A stretch of DNA of 64,000 nucleotides from an uncultured virus (IMG/VR IMGVR_UViG_3300031884_000010) (IMGVR_UViG_3300031884_000010); one strand, 5' to 3'. Shown: positions 8,154-18,905, counted from the stretch's first letter. Made by a program: numbers and translations. Notes: generated from the letters alone by a model not told the origin.

Positions 8154-11150
8154 ATGACCGCACCAGTAAAAGCATTCACGAATCCCACTTACCTATCAAA
8201 GTGGATGGTGCCGAACGTGCCGGTGCCCGTCACCGCATACCCAAAACCGCCAGCCATGCTCCGAGAGGCGGTCCAGTTACCAAGAAATATCCCAAAAAAC
8301 CAACTCATTACCACATACACAAAAAGCGCAAAACCACTCCCAATAGCCTTCTTCCCAAGAGTGCCAACGCCTCCTATGGGGCGCCAGGTCTTGATGACCC
8401 TGCCGGCAATCTACAAAGACAAGACGATCACGAGCACCGTCACCGCCAGCCCGCGCCCGACAAGCGGGCCTATCTGGCCACGGACGGTGGTCCTGCTTGC
8501 CGGGGCAGGCGCAACCGGAGGATCCCCAGCCCCCGTGACATCGGCCACCCCAATCCAACCGCAGGCGTCCTTCGTGGGCAACCCATCCACGGCCGTCGTG
8601 TGCGCCAACTCCACGCCGGTGGTCGTCGGGCTGGCCTTCGTGATCACTTCCCCCAACTCAGGCATCCCGATCCCGGCCGCGAACGTCGTGGTCGCGGTGA
8701 GCGGGGGGACGGCCTCCCCTGTGGTCGGCGACGGAACCGGAAACTTCACCACCACGGTGACACTCACGGCCAACCCGGGCACGACCACGACGGCCGGGGT
8801 CTCCATACAGGCGTCGGACCAGGTCGGCCAGTTTTCGAACGTCATAAACCTCTCCATCGTGGCCACCGGGGTCAACACCAACGGGCCAGTGAACTACATC
8901 GATTTCCCAGCCAACACCGCTTCCCCCCTGGGCACCACATTCACACCCTACGCCCTGGGCACCCTGTCGAACGTGATCACCAGCATGGCCGGGAAAAGCC
9001 TTACGGCGATCGGGTGCATCAGCCCCAGCGACCTCACATCAAGCATCTACGGAAAGACCTTCTCCTTCGGGTGGTCGATCGACGGGACCGTCCAGGGTGC
9101 AACCCTTGCATGGAACGCCTTGGGAGGGGATCCAACCACGGTTCTTGCCCCGACGTGGGTTACCCAAATCACCTTCCCGGCGACTCTCGGAGCCGGAACC
9201 CACACGGTGATCCAGCAACTTACCGTCAATGGATTGCTCTCGGCTTCGGCACCGCAGACCATCAACATTCTTCCATCGAACTACTCGGCCCCGACCATCG
9301 GCGACCTTTCGGTGGTGGCCTGGAGCGGGCAATACAGCGTGCTTCGACTTCTGGCGGCAACCCTCCCCAATGACATCGCCACGATCGCCATCACCGTGGA
9401 CTCGGGGACGCCCAATTGGATGAATTGGTCCACCGCCTGGCAGATGACGCTGGGCCCATCCCAGATGGCATACAGCCCAGGATTCCAGGGAGTCTGCGTC
9501 TACAAGAGCGGGGTTTCGGGAGCCGGGATACCCCTGGTCGACCATGTGGCCAGCCCATTGACCGCAGGAACCGTCCAATTTATCCCTCCTGCCATCATCG
9601 CCGGGACATACGCAACGCTAGACCTCGCCACGGCCCCCATCGACGCCGGCTGCTTCTCGGGAAGCCACACGGTGACCGTAACGCTCACCGATGCAGCCGG
9701 AAAGACGACCTCGATCACCAAGATCCTCACATTCCCCAGTCCCACCATGGACAACAGCCGGTTCTCGCTCACCACCACGGTCTCTTACGGGCTGGGGAGC
9801 ACGCCCTACATCGCAGGCACGAGCACCACCTATGACCAGTATGGTGGGGCACACACAACGAACATCTCCTATACCAACCCCATCAAGATCCCAGCCATGG
9901 GCGGCAACCTCCTGGTGATCTTCTGCCCGGATGGGTTCCCGCAGGTTCCATGGCTCCCAGGCAACAGCATCCCGAGCAGCACAGACCTGATCGCCGGACT
10001 GCAGATCGCATTCCCAACCGCGACAGGTTGGGCTTCAAATACCGGGTATCAGTCCTATGTAAACAAATACCCACTTGGACCTAATACGGCAGTAATCGAC
10101 CTCAGAAATATTTTCAATCCGGCCGGTAGCGCCCAAATGTCTATCGTCAACCCGGATGCAACACTGGCAACAGGCGGGAAGCAATTCAACTACGGCGTGT
10201 GGCAGTGGGGGGCAGCAGCGCTTCCAAAAGCAGCGACCCTCGCCGCGGGGATCACCCAGTCCTATCCATGGCCAATGAACGTCCTTAGCATGGTTCCCGA
10301 GACGCAGGCCGGAATCAGCAAGGTCGACCTGATGATCGGATCCACGGTCATCGGGACGGCTGTCCCGGCATCTGGATCCTTTTACCCCTACACGCAAACA
10401 TCCCAATCTGCATGGACCAGCAACAACCCGATCGCACCCGGACAGAGCGTCAACACGCCACTGAATAACGTCTATCCGTTCACGGCCTACAACATTCCGG
10501 TTGCCGGTTTCGCATTCAACCCCTCCGCCCTGGACCTCTCGGGAACCCAGGGGACCATGACCATCCGTGTGACATGCTCAGACGGGAGCACCACGACCAC
10601 ACCGACCAACGCCTATTCCACCACCCCGGGCAATCCATTCTATGCCCCCGGAGGAATCCCAGACGGATCCCAATACCTCCGAATTCCATACCTGCCGACG
10701 GGATGCACCACCACCACTCAGACCGGGCCATTCACGCAATCTGTCGTCAACCCTACCGTTGGAACCATCAACATCACATCCGGGGCCGGGACAAAGACAT
10801 ACCCCCACGTTTCAATGACCGCGGCCAGCCTCACGAATTACACCGGAACCCCCGGTGGAATCGGGTTCACCTGGCCGACATTCGCAGCGGCTGGGATCAC
10901 GGAGACATGCGCCCAGTTGATGGAAGTCGCATGGCCTTCAACCGTGATGGTGCTCTCCGGTGGCGCAACGCCTGGAATCTGGACAAACCCCTCAACACCT
11001 GGAACAAGCGGGTTCTTCACGAATATTGGGGCACAAGGGCTTTTGTGCTGCCAACCGGGCCGATACCTGGTCCGTTTCCAGCAGAACGGGACCTTCGACG
11101 GAACCCATTACCGAATCTATTACGCCGACGTCGTCATTGACATCACCTAA
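8154..11150 (+). CDS. Large Thr/Pro/Gly-rich virion adhesin/fibre with Ig-like domains
   Basis: 998 aa, AAGGAGG SD, beta-rich composition (GSHTVTVTLTDAAGKTTS), inside fibre block. Confidence 0.55.
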   Translation: MTAPVKAFTNPTYLSKWMVPNVPVPVTAYPKPPAMLREAVQLPRNIPKNQLITTYTKSAKPLPIAFFPRVPTPPMGRQVLMTLPAIYKDKTITSTVTASPRPTSGPIWPRTVVLLAGAGATGGSPAPVTSATPIQPQASFVGNPSTAVVCANSTPVVVGLAFVITSPNSGIPIPAANVVVAVSGGTASPVVGDGTGNFTTTVTLTANPGTTTTAGVSIQASDQVGQFSNVINLSIVATGVNTNGPVNYIDFPANTASPLGTTFTPYALGTLSNVITSMAGKSLTAIGCISPSDLTSSIYGKTFSFGWSIDGTVQGATLAWNALGGDPTTVLAPTWVTQITFPATLGAGTHTVIQQLTVNGLLSASAPQTINILPSNYSAPTIGDLSVVAWSGQYSVLRLLAATLPNDIATIAITVDSGTPNWMNWSTAWQMTLGPSQMAYSPGFQGVCVYKSGVSGAGIPLVDHVASPLTAGTVQFIPPAIIAGTYATLDLATAPIDAGCFSGSHTVTVTLTDAAGKTTSITKILTFPSPTMDNSRFSLTTTVSYGLGSTPYIAGTSTTYDQYGGAHTTNISYTNPIKIPAMGGNLLVIFCPDGFPQVPWLPGNSIPSSTDLIAGLQIAFPTATGWASNTGYQSYVNKYPLGPNTAVIDLRNIFNPAGSAQMSIVNPDATLATGGKQFNYGVWQWGAAALPKAATLAAGITQSYPWPMNVLSMVPETQAGISKVDLMIGSTVIGTAVPASGSFYPYTQTSQSAWTSNNPIAPGQSVNTPLNNVYPFTAYNIPVAGFAFNPSALDLSGTQGTMTIRVTCSDGSTTTTPTNAYSTTPGNPFYAPGGIPDGSQYLRIPYLPTGCTTTTQTGPFTQSVVNPTVGTINITSGAGTKTYPHVSMTAASLTNYTGTPGGIGFTWPTFAAAGITETCAQLMEVAWPSTVMVLSGGATPGIWTNPSTPGTSGFFTNIGAQGLLCCQPGRYLVRFQQNGTFDGTHYRIYYADVVIDIT

Positions 11151-11161
11151 GCGGAGCACGC

Positions 11162-12364
11162 ATGAGCCAATACCTGCACCCCCTCTACGGCGAGTATGTC
11201 CAGGACATCGCCATCAGCCAGTCGATCCCACTCCCGATGGGGGTCTATGCAGGCATGGTGCCGTCAATTGCGGGCCCTGGGGGATCCTCCGGATGGACCG
11301 CCACCCTCAGCCCTGACGCAGACGGATTCAGCTACTGGAGGACCCGCGGGAGCGTGAGCGCCGGCCGCTTCGTGATCCAGGAGACGGCACCCATCAACGT
11401 CTCCATCGCGGCGCCGGATGCCACCAACCCCCGCATTGACCTCATCGTGGGCGTCCACCAGTGGGTGGCGGGGCCGGTCGACCCGAGCACCCTTGAGCCC
11501 ACAGGTGTCTACACGACACCCCAGCAGGCGACCTACGTCGTGATCCAGGGCACCCCCGCGGCCACCCCGACCATCCCCAGCGTCCCAGACCCCATGACCG
11601 GGGGGGGGCGGGCCACCATCCTGGCAACCGTCACGGTGGCGCCCAGTGCCCCTCCCATCATCGATTGGTATCACCCCAACGACCTACGCCTGGACTTCAT
11701 GGCCGGGGTCACCCAGGAGGTCATCGACGCACGCCGGACATACGACACGCTGGATGCCCGGATCGCAGCCATTGCCATGACCCCCGGGGCCACCGGCCCT
11801 GCTGGCCCGACAGGCCCTGCCGGCCCCACGGGCCCCACAGGCCCTGCCGGGGCAAGTTCAACCTCCGCAGGCTACTTCAACATCAAGGCCGCGACGTCCG
11901 CGCCGGGGACCTACCCATCAACCGCGACGATCGACGGCAGCTGCTCGGCCCTGACCCTAATCAGCAACACAGGCCGGAACGTGGTCTTCCACGCGACCCA
12001 GAACTGCAACGTCATCATCGGCGGGTCATCCTTCGCCCAGGGGACGGACGATGCCAACCCGGGCGGAGGCCACTGCTACTACATCCAGACGGTGTCCGCC
12101 GGAGCCGGGCAAAGCTATTCCACCAAGATCTGGCTAAGTAACGTCGGCAGCGGAGACACGGTGGCTGCCGCAATCAACCTCAACCAGACAGTGCTGAACT
12201 CCAGCGGAACCCCTGTGGGCGGGAACCAGGTATTCCCCCAGATCATCATCCCCCTGACCACCGGGGAGAGCCTGACCATCAACTGGGACGATGCGAACAC
12301 GCAGTATCGCTGGGACACAACCCAGGTGCAGTGGGCGTGGGCCATCAGCGTCGGAGCGCTCTAA
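11162..12364 (+). CDS. Tail fibre protein with short collagen-like repeat
   Basis: 400 aa; APDATNPRIDLIV baseplate-attachment motif, EVIDAR..YDTLDARI, GATGPAGPTGPAGPTGPTGPAG. Confidence 0.75.
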   Translation: MSQYLHPLYGEYVQDIAISQSIPLPMGVYAGMVPSIAGPGGSSGWTATLSPDADGFSYWRTRGSVSAGRFVIQETAPINVSIAAPDATNPRIDLIVGVHQWVAGPVDPSTLEPTGVYTTPQQATYVVIQGTPAATPTIPSVPDPMTGGGRATILATVTVAPSAPPIIDWYHPNDLRLDFMAGVTQEVIDARRTYDTLDARIAAIAMTPGATGPAGPTGPAGPTGPTGPAGASSTSAGYFNIKAATSAPGTYPSTATIDGSCSALTLISNTGRNVVFHATQNCNVIIGGSSFAQGTDDANPGGGHCYYIQTVSAGAGQSYSTKIWLSNVGSGDTVAAAINLNQTVLNSSGTPVGGNQVFPQIIIPLTTGESLTINWDDANTQYRWDTTQVQWAWAISVGAL

Positions 12365-13185
12365 AACGAGCCAAGCATCTCGCGCAGGTCGGCCTCCAGG
12401 GCCCGCTCGATCTCCGGGCGGGCCCTGACCCATGAAACCTCGAGCGCGGTCTGCAGGGGGGCCATGGCGGCCGTGGCGGGGCGCATCCAGGAGCCGGGGG
12501 CCGACTTCTCAGACATCACCCGGAAGGTGAGATAGGTCGTCTGCCCGTTCTTGCCCATGCGGACCATGCCGGCGAACCGCTTGGCCTCCGCCATGGAGAA
12601 CCCGGCCGCGGCAAGGGCCTTCTTGGACCCGAGCCGGTCCTGCCATTGGTAGGTGAACTTCGGGACGGTCCAGCCGGTGGCGGACTGGCGGGTGGTCGGG
12701 GAGCCCAGGGCCCGGGAGTGGGCCATCGTCTTGGCTAGGGCGTAGACAGCCCGAGGCATGGCCTTCAGGCGCACGGTGTTCTCCACCCCATGCCGGAAGG
12801 GGATGATCAAGTAGCGATGACCGTCCTTGGCCTGTCGGGCCTTCGGGGCGGTCGCCAGGTTCTTCTTCATGTCGTATTCGGGGGCGCCCTCCTCGATGGC
12901 CTTGGCGTAGGGGGCCGCATTCCCGATGGCCCACGTGAGAAGGCCCCGCTTGTCCCGATAGGCGGCCTTCGCCAGAATCCCGGTCGGACGCTTTATGGCC
13001 CCCTTCCCTGGGATGGGCTGGCCCTGCAGGTAGCTGACATAGGTCGCGTGGGCATCCTCGACATAGCCCTCGAGGGCATCGCGGGTGTTCTGCCAGACCC
13101 CAAGGCCCATGACCACGGCCTCGAGTTCGGCCCGGACGGAGTCGAGATTCAACCAGGCGATCGAGAGGGAGAAGTCACCGGCCAC
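12361..13185 (-). CDS. Neck/tail-completion protein (HK97 gp10-like)
   Basis: 274 aa; NAAPYAKAIEEG, GHRYLIIPFRHG, YLTFRVMSEKS..SW motifs seen in SPO1/A511-type neck genes. Confidence 0.65.
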   Translation of the reverse strand: MAGDFSLSIAWLNLDSVRAELEAVVMGLGVWQNTRDALEGYVEDAHATYVSYLQGQPIPGKGAIKRPTGILAKAAYRDKRGLLTWAIGNAAPYAKAIEEGAPEYDMKKNLATAPKARQAKDGHRYLIIPFRHGVENTVRLKAMPRAVYALAKTMAHSRALGSPTTRQSATGWTVPKFTYQWQDRLGSKKALAAAGFSMAEAKRFAGMVRMGKNGQTTYLTFRVMSEKSAPGSWMRPATAAMAPLQTALEVSWVRARPEIERALEADLREMLGSF

Positions 13186-13188
13186 AGA

Positions 13189-13995
13189 TCACCCATTTGG
13201 GCCAAGGAAGGTGGATGGGGAGAGCCCTGAGTCGGGGGGAGCCTCGTCTGGGATGGCGGTCTTGCCGCTGATCGTGCCCCCGCTGTGAATGTGGTTCTTG
13301 GCCCAGGTCCAGAAGTCCTCCATGCAGAACCTATTCGCACCATCCTGGAAGGTCTGAGAGGCGAAGCCATGGAGGGCCAGGTGCCCATCCGGATCCACCT
13401 CGACCGAGCCGCCCGATGGGTGGGCCACCGTGAGCGTGCCATCCGGGGCCATGGTGAGGATGCCGGCGTGGCTGTGGGCCACCTCCAGGGTGCCGTCGGG
13501 GTGCAGGCGCAGAGAACCTGCGGTGGGATGGTCCAGGGCCACCCAGGGGGCCGGCGTGACGGTCACAGGGGGCACGTTGGAACCGTGGGGCTGGTCCAGG
13601 GGGCCACCCTCCCCATCCCCGCCTTGCTCCACGACACGAAGGCAGAGGCCCGAAGGGTGGTCCAACTGCATATCGCCATTCCTATGCAGGTGCCTATGCA
13701 CTGCCGACTCGTGCCGGAAGGAGTCCAGGAAGGGCTCCGCCTCTACCTGGTTCGCGTCCTGCCAGTGGATGGAGCCCAACCAGACGGACAAGTTCTCGTC
13801 CACCTCGACCACGAGGCCCAGTTCCCCCTCCTGGGGGAGACTGATGGACGCGCCACCCGAGGCGTGGGCCCTGGAAGCCAGCACCCGGACGAACCGCTGG
13901 CCAGTGGAGGGGAAATAGACCCCATCACGGAACGCCACCATCACGCCATGGCGGTCCCAGAGCACCTTCGTGACCACAGCCGGAGAGATCATCAT
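13189..13995 (-). CDS. Baseplate central spike (gpV-like)
   Basis: ATG 13995; OB-fold motif SLPQEGELGLV..WLGS, beta-helix repeats, C-terminal HxH (NHIHSG) metal-binding tip. Confidence 0.75.
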   Translation of the reverse strand: MMISPAVVTKVLWDRHGVMVAFRDGVYFPSTGQRFVRVLASRAHASGGASISLPQEGELGLVVEVDENLSVWLGSIHWQDANQVEAEPFLDSFRHESAVHRHLHRNGDMQLDHPSGLCLRVVEQGGDGEGGPLDQPHGSNVPPVTVTPAPWVALDHPTAGSLRLHPDGTLEVAHSHAGILTMAPDGTLTVAHPSGGSVEVDPDGHLALHGFASQTFQDGANRFCMEDFWTWAKNHIHSGGTISGKTAIPDEAPPDSGLSPSTFLGPNG

Positions 13996-13997
13996 CG

Positions 13998-16082
13998 TCA
14001 GTCCCCCGTCTGGGCCACGGTATGGGCGTGGGGCCCGCTTACCCAACCGGGGTGCCCGGAGGGATAGATGGCGTAGTGAATCCATTGCTTCCCGGTCGCG
14101 GGGTCCGTCTCGAAAACCATCTGCTTGTAGACCAGCGAGTCCGTGGCCCCCAGCAACTGGATCCAGGCCGTGGCCAGAGCGCCGGAGCCCGCGGGCATCT
14201 GGAAGTCGAACGCGAGGCCCAGCGTGTGGTCGCTGTTGGTGGCGCCCTTCCATTTGGCGTTCAAGGCCGGGCTCCGGTAGACCGAGGTCAAGGTGATGGG
14301 CCCGACGATGGCCTCCACCGGCTTGATCCCGTTCAGCACCAGGGAGGCGAGGTTCACCTTGACGGCGTCCGAGGGGTTCTTGTCCTGCAGCTCGGGGTTG
14401 GAGGTCACAAAGAGGTCGTAGGGCTGCCCAGAGGCCGGGCTGACGCCGCCCACAGGCTTGACCGCGCCCGGCTGGGAATGGACTGGGTCCATGTGGAGAC
14501 GGAAGGGGGTCGCAACCTCCGGCGCCGTGGTGTAGAGCACCTTCTCCAGCTTCACCAGATCCCGCACGGCCGAAGGATAGCCATCCGCGGTGACGCCCTC
14601 GAGCGCCCGGGTGGTGCCCACGGAGGTCTCGGCATGCAGGCCCTTCTCGGAGGCCGTGAGGGTGTGGGAGACGGAAATCACATACCCAGTCGTCGGGGAG
14701 GACTGGCTCTCGGAGTGGTCCTCGAGGACCATGCCAGGATGAATGCCGGGCCAGAGAGGGTAGGAACGGGACTGGTCGAGCAGGAACGGGAGCGGGGCCT
14801 CCTGCCAGCCCACCCGGTCGAGCACCTGGGGGAGAATCTTTTGGATGTAGTCCGCCTCGGTCTGGATGTATTGCCCGATGCTCACCTGCCGGGAGGAGAA
14901 CCCATAGCGGGCCACCAGGTTCCGGTCCACCAGGAAGCCCAGGAACACCTTGTCGGCCGTCAGGCCGTTGGGGCTCCCGTCGCTGGCCCCCGCGAAACTG
15001 AGCAAGAAGGAATTGGGGCGCACGGCGTCGTTCCAGGAGGTCGTCACGCTCAAGGCCGCCGGGAAGCCGTCCGGGGTGCCGGCCACAGCCACATCTAGCG
15101 TGCGCCAGAGAGAGTCATCATCGACCTTCGGAGAGATATCGGCGTTCACATCCTTGGCCGCCGGGCCGGGCCAGGGCCGAGGCCGGAACACCACCGTAGG
15201 GATCTCCTGGTAGTCCGAGGAATTGGGATCCTGGGCGTAGGTGATGAAGAACTCGTGGACGTCGGGCTCCACGAGGCCCATGAACAGACCCCAGATGGCC
15301 CCGCGCTGCTGCAGATACCAGTCTCCGGTGGCCAGCACCACCAGGTTGAAGGCCGTCTGCCAGTCGCGGGCCGCCACCGCCTCGTCGGGGACGTTCTTGG
15401 CGGTCTGATAGGTCGAACCGAAGCCCGCAAGCTGCCCGCGGACCCCGAACTCGAGGAACTGGTTGACCGAGCCCGTCACGAACACATCGAGCAGATCCGA
15501 GACGGGCATGTTGGCCTTCATGCTCGTCAGCTGCTGATAGAAGGACCAGCCCTTGCCGTAGGGGCTGTTCTTGGAATTCAGGGCCTGGATGATGGACTGC
15601 CAATCCAGCCACTGCTCCGAGAAGGTCTTCTGGAGGCCCTGGGCTGATACGTCCATGCGCCAGCGGTAACTCCCGGCGTCCCCCTGCCGGGTCCACTGGA
15701 TATTGGCCAGGTGGCCGTCGAAGGCACAGCGCCAGTGCATGGTCTCGGAGTCGAACAATTCCACCCGGAGAAGGTCATGGGGGCGGATCTTGTGGCGCAG
15801 GGCGTCCCCGATGGGCCCCAGCAGCAGACTCAAAGAGGCGCCATGGCCCTGGAAGGTCTCCTGGGTCCGAAGGGACACGAGCCCGAGCGTGCCGGAGGTA
15901 AAGGTCGGCTGGGCCTCGTCCGGAAAGTAGGGGGAGGCCCAGGGAACCCCGCCCAGGTAGATGCCCGAAACCCCAGCCATGGGATCGATGACCACAGCGT
16001 AGGCCCGGGCTGCGTCCTCGGTGCGCTCGAGCACCGAAAGCGTGAGGCGGAAAAGAGGGCGGTAGATCACGCCTGGATCCAC
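13998..16082 (-). CDS. Baseplate hub protein fused to C-terminal peptidase M15A domain
   Basis: 694 aa upstream of spike; C-terminal TSVYRSPALN..GATNSDHTLGLAFD...WIH is an M15A Zn-peptidase signature. Confidence 0.75.
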   Translation of the reverse strand: MDPGVIYRPLFRLTLSVLERTEDAARAYAVVIDPMAGVSGIYLGGVPWASPYFPDEAQPTFTSGTLGLVSLRTQETFQGHGASLSLLLGPIGDALRHKIRPHDLLRVELFDSETMHWRCAFDGHLANIQWTRQGDAGSYRWRMDVSAQGLQKTFSEQWLDWQSIIQALNSKNSPYGKGWSFYQQLTSMKANMPVSDLLDVFVTGSVNQFLEFGVRGQLAGFGSTYQTAKNVPDEAVAARDWQTAFNLVVLATGDWYLQQRGAIWGLFMGLVEPDVHEFFITYAQDPNSSDYQEIPTVVFRPRPWPGPAAKDVNADISPKVDDDSLWRTLDVAVAGTPDGFPAALSVTTSWNDAVRPNSFLLSFAGASDGSPNGLTADKVFLGFLVDRNLVARYGFSSRQVSIGQYIQTEADYIQKILPQVLDRVGWQEAPLPFLLDQSRSYPLWPGIHPGMVLEDHSESQSSPTTGYVISVSHTLTASEKGLHAETSVGTTRALEGVTADGYPSAVRDLVKLEKVLYTTAPEVATPFRLHMDPVHSQPGAVKPVGGVSPASGQPYDLFVTSNPELQDKNPSDAVKVNLASLVLNGIKPVEAIVGPITLTSVYRSPALNAKWKGATNSDHTLGLAFDFQMPAGSGALATAWIQLLGATDSLVYKQMVFETDPATGKQWIHYAIYPSGHPGWVSGPHAHTVAQTGD

Positions 16083-17326
16083 TGCGGATAGGTGATGGAC
16101 ACGCCACCGTCCACAGCAGAGCCCGTGAACACGACGGCCCGGGAGGTTGCCCCGGCGTAGGCATCGCCATCGACAAGAGGAGTGACGTCTGCGGCGAAGA
16201 TGGGGTCCACCACATTTGGGGCCGCATCGGAAGCAAGCCAGATGGTGGGGACGACCTTCAGGATGTCGGGATCGGCCGCAGCCAGCGCCACCAGGAGGTT
16301 GGCGTAGGAGACGGCGTCGGTGACCTGGAGGGTGGCGAAGTAGGCAGCCAGCGCAGCATTCAGCGCCGTCTGGATATCACTCCACCGGCTGGCCCCCGTC
16401 GGGGAGAGGGTGACCGAAGCGCGGACCTTCACGGACACATAAGTCACAGGAATGATCACCACCCGGATGCCGGCCGCCTTCCATCCGGGAATCTTCCGGC
16501 CCGTCCCATCGATGTAGCCGAATATTGCATTGTTCAAGGCCGACAGGGTGCCCGCGGGAAGCGTGGTCACCTGGCTCCCAATGTCGACAACCAACCAGAC
16601 CAGGCCGGCGAAGGGGGTGCCCGCCGGAGGGGAAGCCATGGCGAAGGGCTCTACCACCTTGACGCTGCTCACCACGCCGGTGCTCATGGCTGCGAACTCG
16701 AGGGCATCGGCGGTCCCGCGCTGCAAGGTGGAGATGAACCCCTGAAAGCGATTCATGCGGGCGTCCGGCGTCTCGGCGTCAGAACCACCCGTGAGGGGGC
16801 TGGGATTCTGGACGGCATCCACACCGAGGATAGGGATGCCCACCTGATTGATGACCCCGGCCGCCACGTTCCCCGCAACCCCCGGGACCGTGGCCACGAC
16901 GGGAACCGAGGCTGAGGCGAGGGTTCCCACGAGAATGGACCCGTCCGCGGTGGTCAGATACTGCGAACCATCCGATCCAATGAGTTTGGTCCCAGCCGGG
17001 ATGGAAACCGCCAGGGTGGTGGGGGCCGTGACGCACTGGAATACCACCCCACCCGTGGCCGCCTGGGCCGGGAGGAGGGAGAACCCGAAGGCCGTGAAGG
17101 CGGACTCGGACACGGCCCACTTGATGGCAGAAGCTGTCCGGACGTCGTATTCCTCGAGCACGAGCCCCACAGCCTCCAGGTGCCCGCGCTCCAGGGAGCC
17201 GATGGTGAGGTCCGTCGGGAGGGACGGCAGGACGCCGTCAGAGGTGTCCGGGTTGGCCTGGAGCCAGGAGATCATGTCTAGGGTGGTCTGGTCCCACCGC
17301 CTGATCTGAAAGCCGCTGCTAGACAT
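16067..17326 (-). CDS. Baseplate J-like protein
   Basis: TDLTIGSLERGHLEAV, IPAGT, PGVAGNVAAGVI, GGSDAETPDARMNRF, RGTADALE, GWKAAGI. Confidence 0.9.
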   Translation of the reverse strand: MSSSGFQIRRWDQTTLDMISWLQANPDTSDGVLPSLPTDLTIGSLERGHLEAVGLVLEEYDVRTASAIKWAVSESAFTAFGFSLLPAQAATGGVVFQCVTAPTTLAVSIPAGTKLIGSDGSQYLTTADGSILVGTLASASVPVVATVPGVAGNVAAGVINQVGIPILGVDAVQNPSPLTGGSDAETPDARMNRFQGFISTLQRGTADALEFAAMSTGVVSSVKVVEPFAMASPPAGTPFAGLVWLVVDIGSQVTTLPAGTLSALNNAIFGYIDGTGRKIPGWKAAGIRVVIIPVTYVSVKVRASVTLSPTGASRWSDIQTALNAALAAYFATLQVTDAVSYANLLVALAAADPDILKVVPTIWLASDAAPNVVDPIFAADVTPLVDGDAYAGATSRAVVFTGSAVDGGVSITYPQWIQA

Positions 17327-18905
17327 TCCACGCCTCCATCTTGGACACCGCGCCGGCCAGGTCGAGAGGACCCAGAACGGTGGAGAGATTGGCCGAAATG
17401 GCCACCACATCGTCGGTCACGTTCACCGAGAGGGAATTGACGGCCGTCACCCGGGGGTCGGCCTGGAGGGTCAACCCAACCTCGTCACGGAGCGCCAACA
17501 CCGAGGCCAGGTCGAGGGGGCCACCGAGGTAGGTGAAGATCCGGGAACCGTAGTCCGGATGATGAGGGAGATACCCAAGGGGGCACTGGATTCGGCGAAG
17601 CAGGGCGTTCTGTAGGTTCCTGACCCCACCCACCAGCACCCCAGGGACACCCGCGGGATCCAGGTCGGTGCCAATCAAATCGGGGGGAGCCACCCCTGGG
17701 ACGGCAGGGCTTACCGGGAGAGCATCGCCCACGTGTAGCACCGTCCCCGGGAAAGGGAGGGTGGGAGGGGTGCTGGCCACAGGCGAGGCCGAGGTATCCA
17801 CGAAGGGATAGCGAAGGCCGTTCTGGTCGGCCAGAGCGGGCCAATTCGCCAGAGAGGACGACTGGGAGGCCACCTGCTGGATCGTGCCGTTGGAAGGGAT
17901 CGTAGGGGCCAGAGCGGGCGAAGGAGCGGCCGAGGCGCCGATGGTTGTGCCCCAGGTCTTGATCTGGCCCAGCAGCAGGACGGTGTCCACCACCGCGGCC
18001 CGGTAGCCAGCCTGCGCGTCCGACCTGAAGGTGGCAGGCTGCGTGGCCGCCAAGATCCCCCGCGCCGCCTGAACAGCACGACTGATGGTGTCCGACACCC
18101 CGGTGATCTCGCCCACGAGGTTGGCACGAAGGGTGGTGATCGAGGATTCCAGGGTGGCAAGGCCGTTCGCCAGATCCTTCGCAAAGCCGGTCACATCGTG
18201 ATAGGCGCCAAGGACAGCTTTGAGGGCCTTCAGATTGTCGACCGCGGCCCCCGGCTTCGGAGGCGCAGGGACCGTGTCCTTGGGCTTGGGAGGTATGTTT
18301 TCAAGACACCAGAACGAGAAATTGTAGGACCACTCATTGGGGCGACCAGCGGAGCGCTCCTCGCTGGGAAGTTCCGTGGGCATGATCCACCAGGACCACA
18401 GGCGCCACTCGGACCACACCCCATTCCGAATGGAGAAGTTGAGCCGGAGAGGATCCAGCCCCTGGAGGCCACGCTGCTTGTTGAGGCCGGCCCAGTCCAG
18501 GAAGAACTTGCGGACGGCCTGCATGTTGGAGAACCCAGGGCTCTCGGCATTGGGATCCATCGCCCCGCCAACCCCATAGGTTCCCCGGATCGTGCACCGG
18601 GCGAGGCCGAGCCCGCCCTCCACGACGACGGGATTCCCCTGAAGGTCCATCGTCACATCGGCACGGAGGGGCTGAGTGAAGGAGATGCTGTTCGGCGCCA
18701 GCCGGAATACCACGGAGGGCTTGATCCCGCTTAGGACAGCCTTCTTCGCCGGAGCGGTCCCTTCCCACACCTCGATCATGTAGGTGGGAGGCGTTGGAAG
18801 GCGGTTGGTGCCCCCACTCCGCTTCAAAGCTGAACCCACCGCCGAAGTGGTGATGGAATTCGAAAGGCTCTGGACCCCGGAAGCTGCTCCGTCGAACAAA
18901 CCCAT
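17319..18905 (-). CDS. Baseplate fusion protein: tube-initiator-like N-terminus, LysM-like middle, gp25-like C-terminus
   Basis: C-terminal GVRNLQNALLRRI..PLGYLPHHPDYGS...DPRV is gp25/gpW-like; WPALADQNGLRYPFV is LysM-like. Confidence 0.65.
   Translation of the reverse strand: MGLFDGAASGVQSLSNSITTSAVGSALKRSGGTNRLPTPPTYMIEVWEGTAPAKKAVLSGIKPSVVFRLAPNSISFTQPLRADVTMDLQGNPVVVEGGLGLARCTIRGTYGVGGAMDPNAESPGFSNMQAVRKFFLDWAGLNKQRGLQGLDPLRLNFSIRNGVWSEWRLWSWWIMPTELPSEERSAGRPNEWSYNFSFWCLENIPPKPKDTVPAPPKPGAAVDNLKALKAVLGAYHDVTGFAKDLANGLATLESSITTLRANLVGEITGVSDTISRAVQAARGILAATQPATFRSDAQAGYRAAVVDTVLLLGQIKTWGTTIGASAAPSPALAPTIPSNGTIQQVASQSSSLANWPALADQNGLRYPFVDTSASPVASTPPTLPFPGTVLHVGDALPVSPAVPGVAPPDLIGTDLDPAGVPGVLVGGVRNLQNALLRRIQCPLGYLPHHPDYGSRIFTYLGGPLDLASVLALRDEVGLTLQADPRVTAVNSLSVNVTDDVVAISANLSTVLGPLDLAGAVSKMEAWNV

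Noticed and set aside
4247..12364. Recombinase-invertible tail-fibre segment (Mu G / P1 C type)
   Set aside because: No inverted repeats seen at the ends, no invertase, whole genes rather than 3' halves are inverted, and the right junction is a stop-codon overlap.
5949..12364. Diversity-generating retroelement acting on fibres
   Set aside because: No reverse transcriptase and no template/variable repeat pair noticed in the window.
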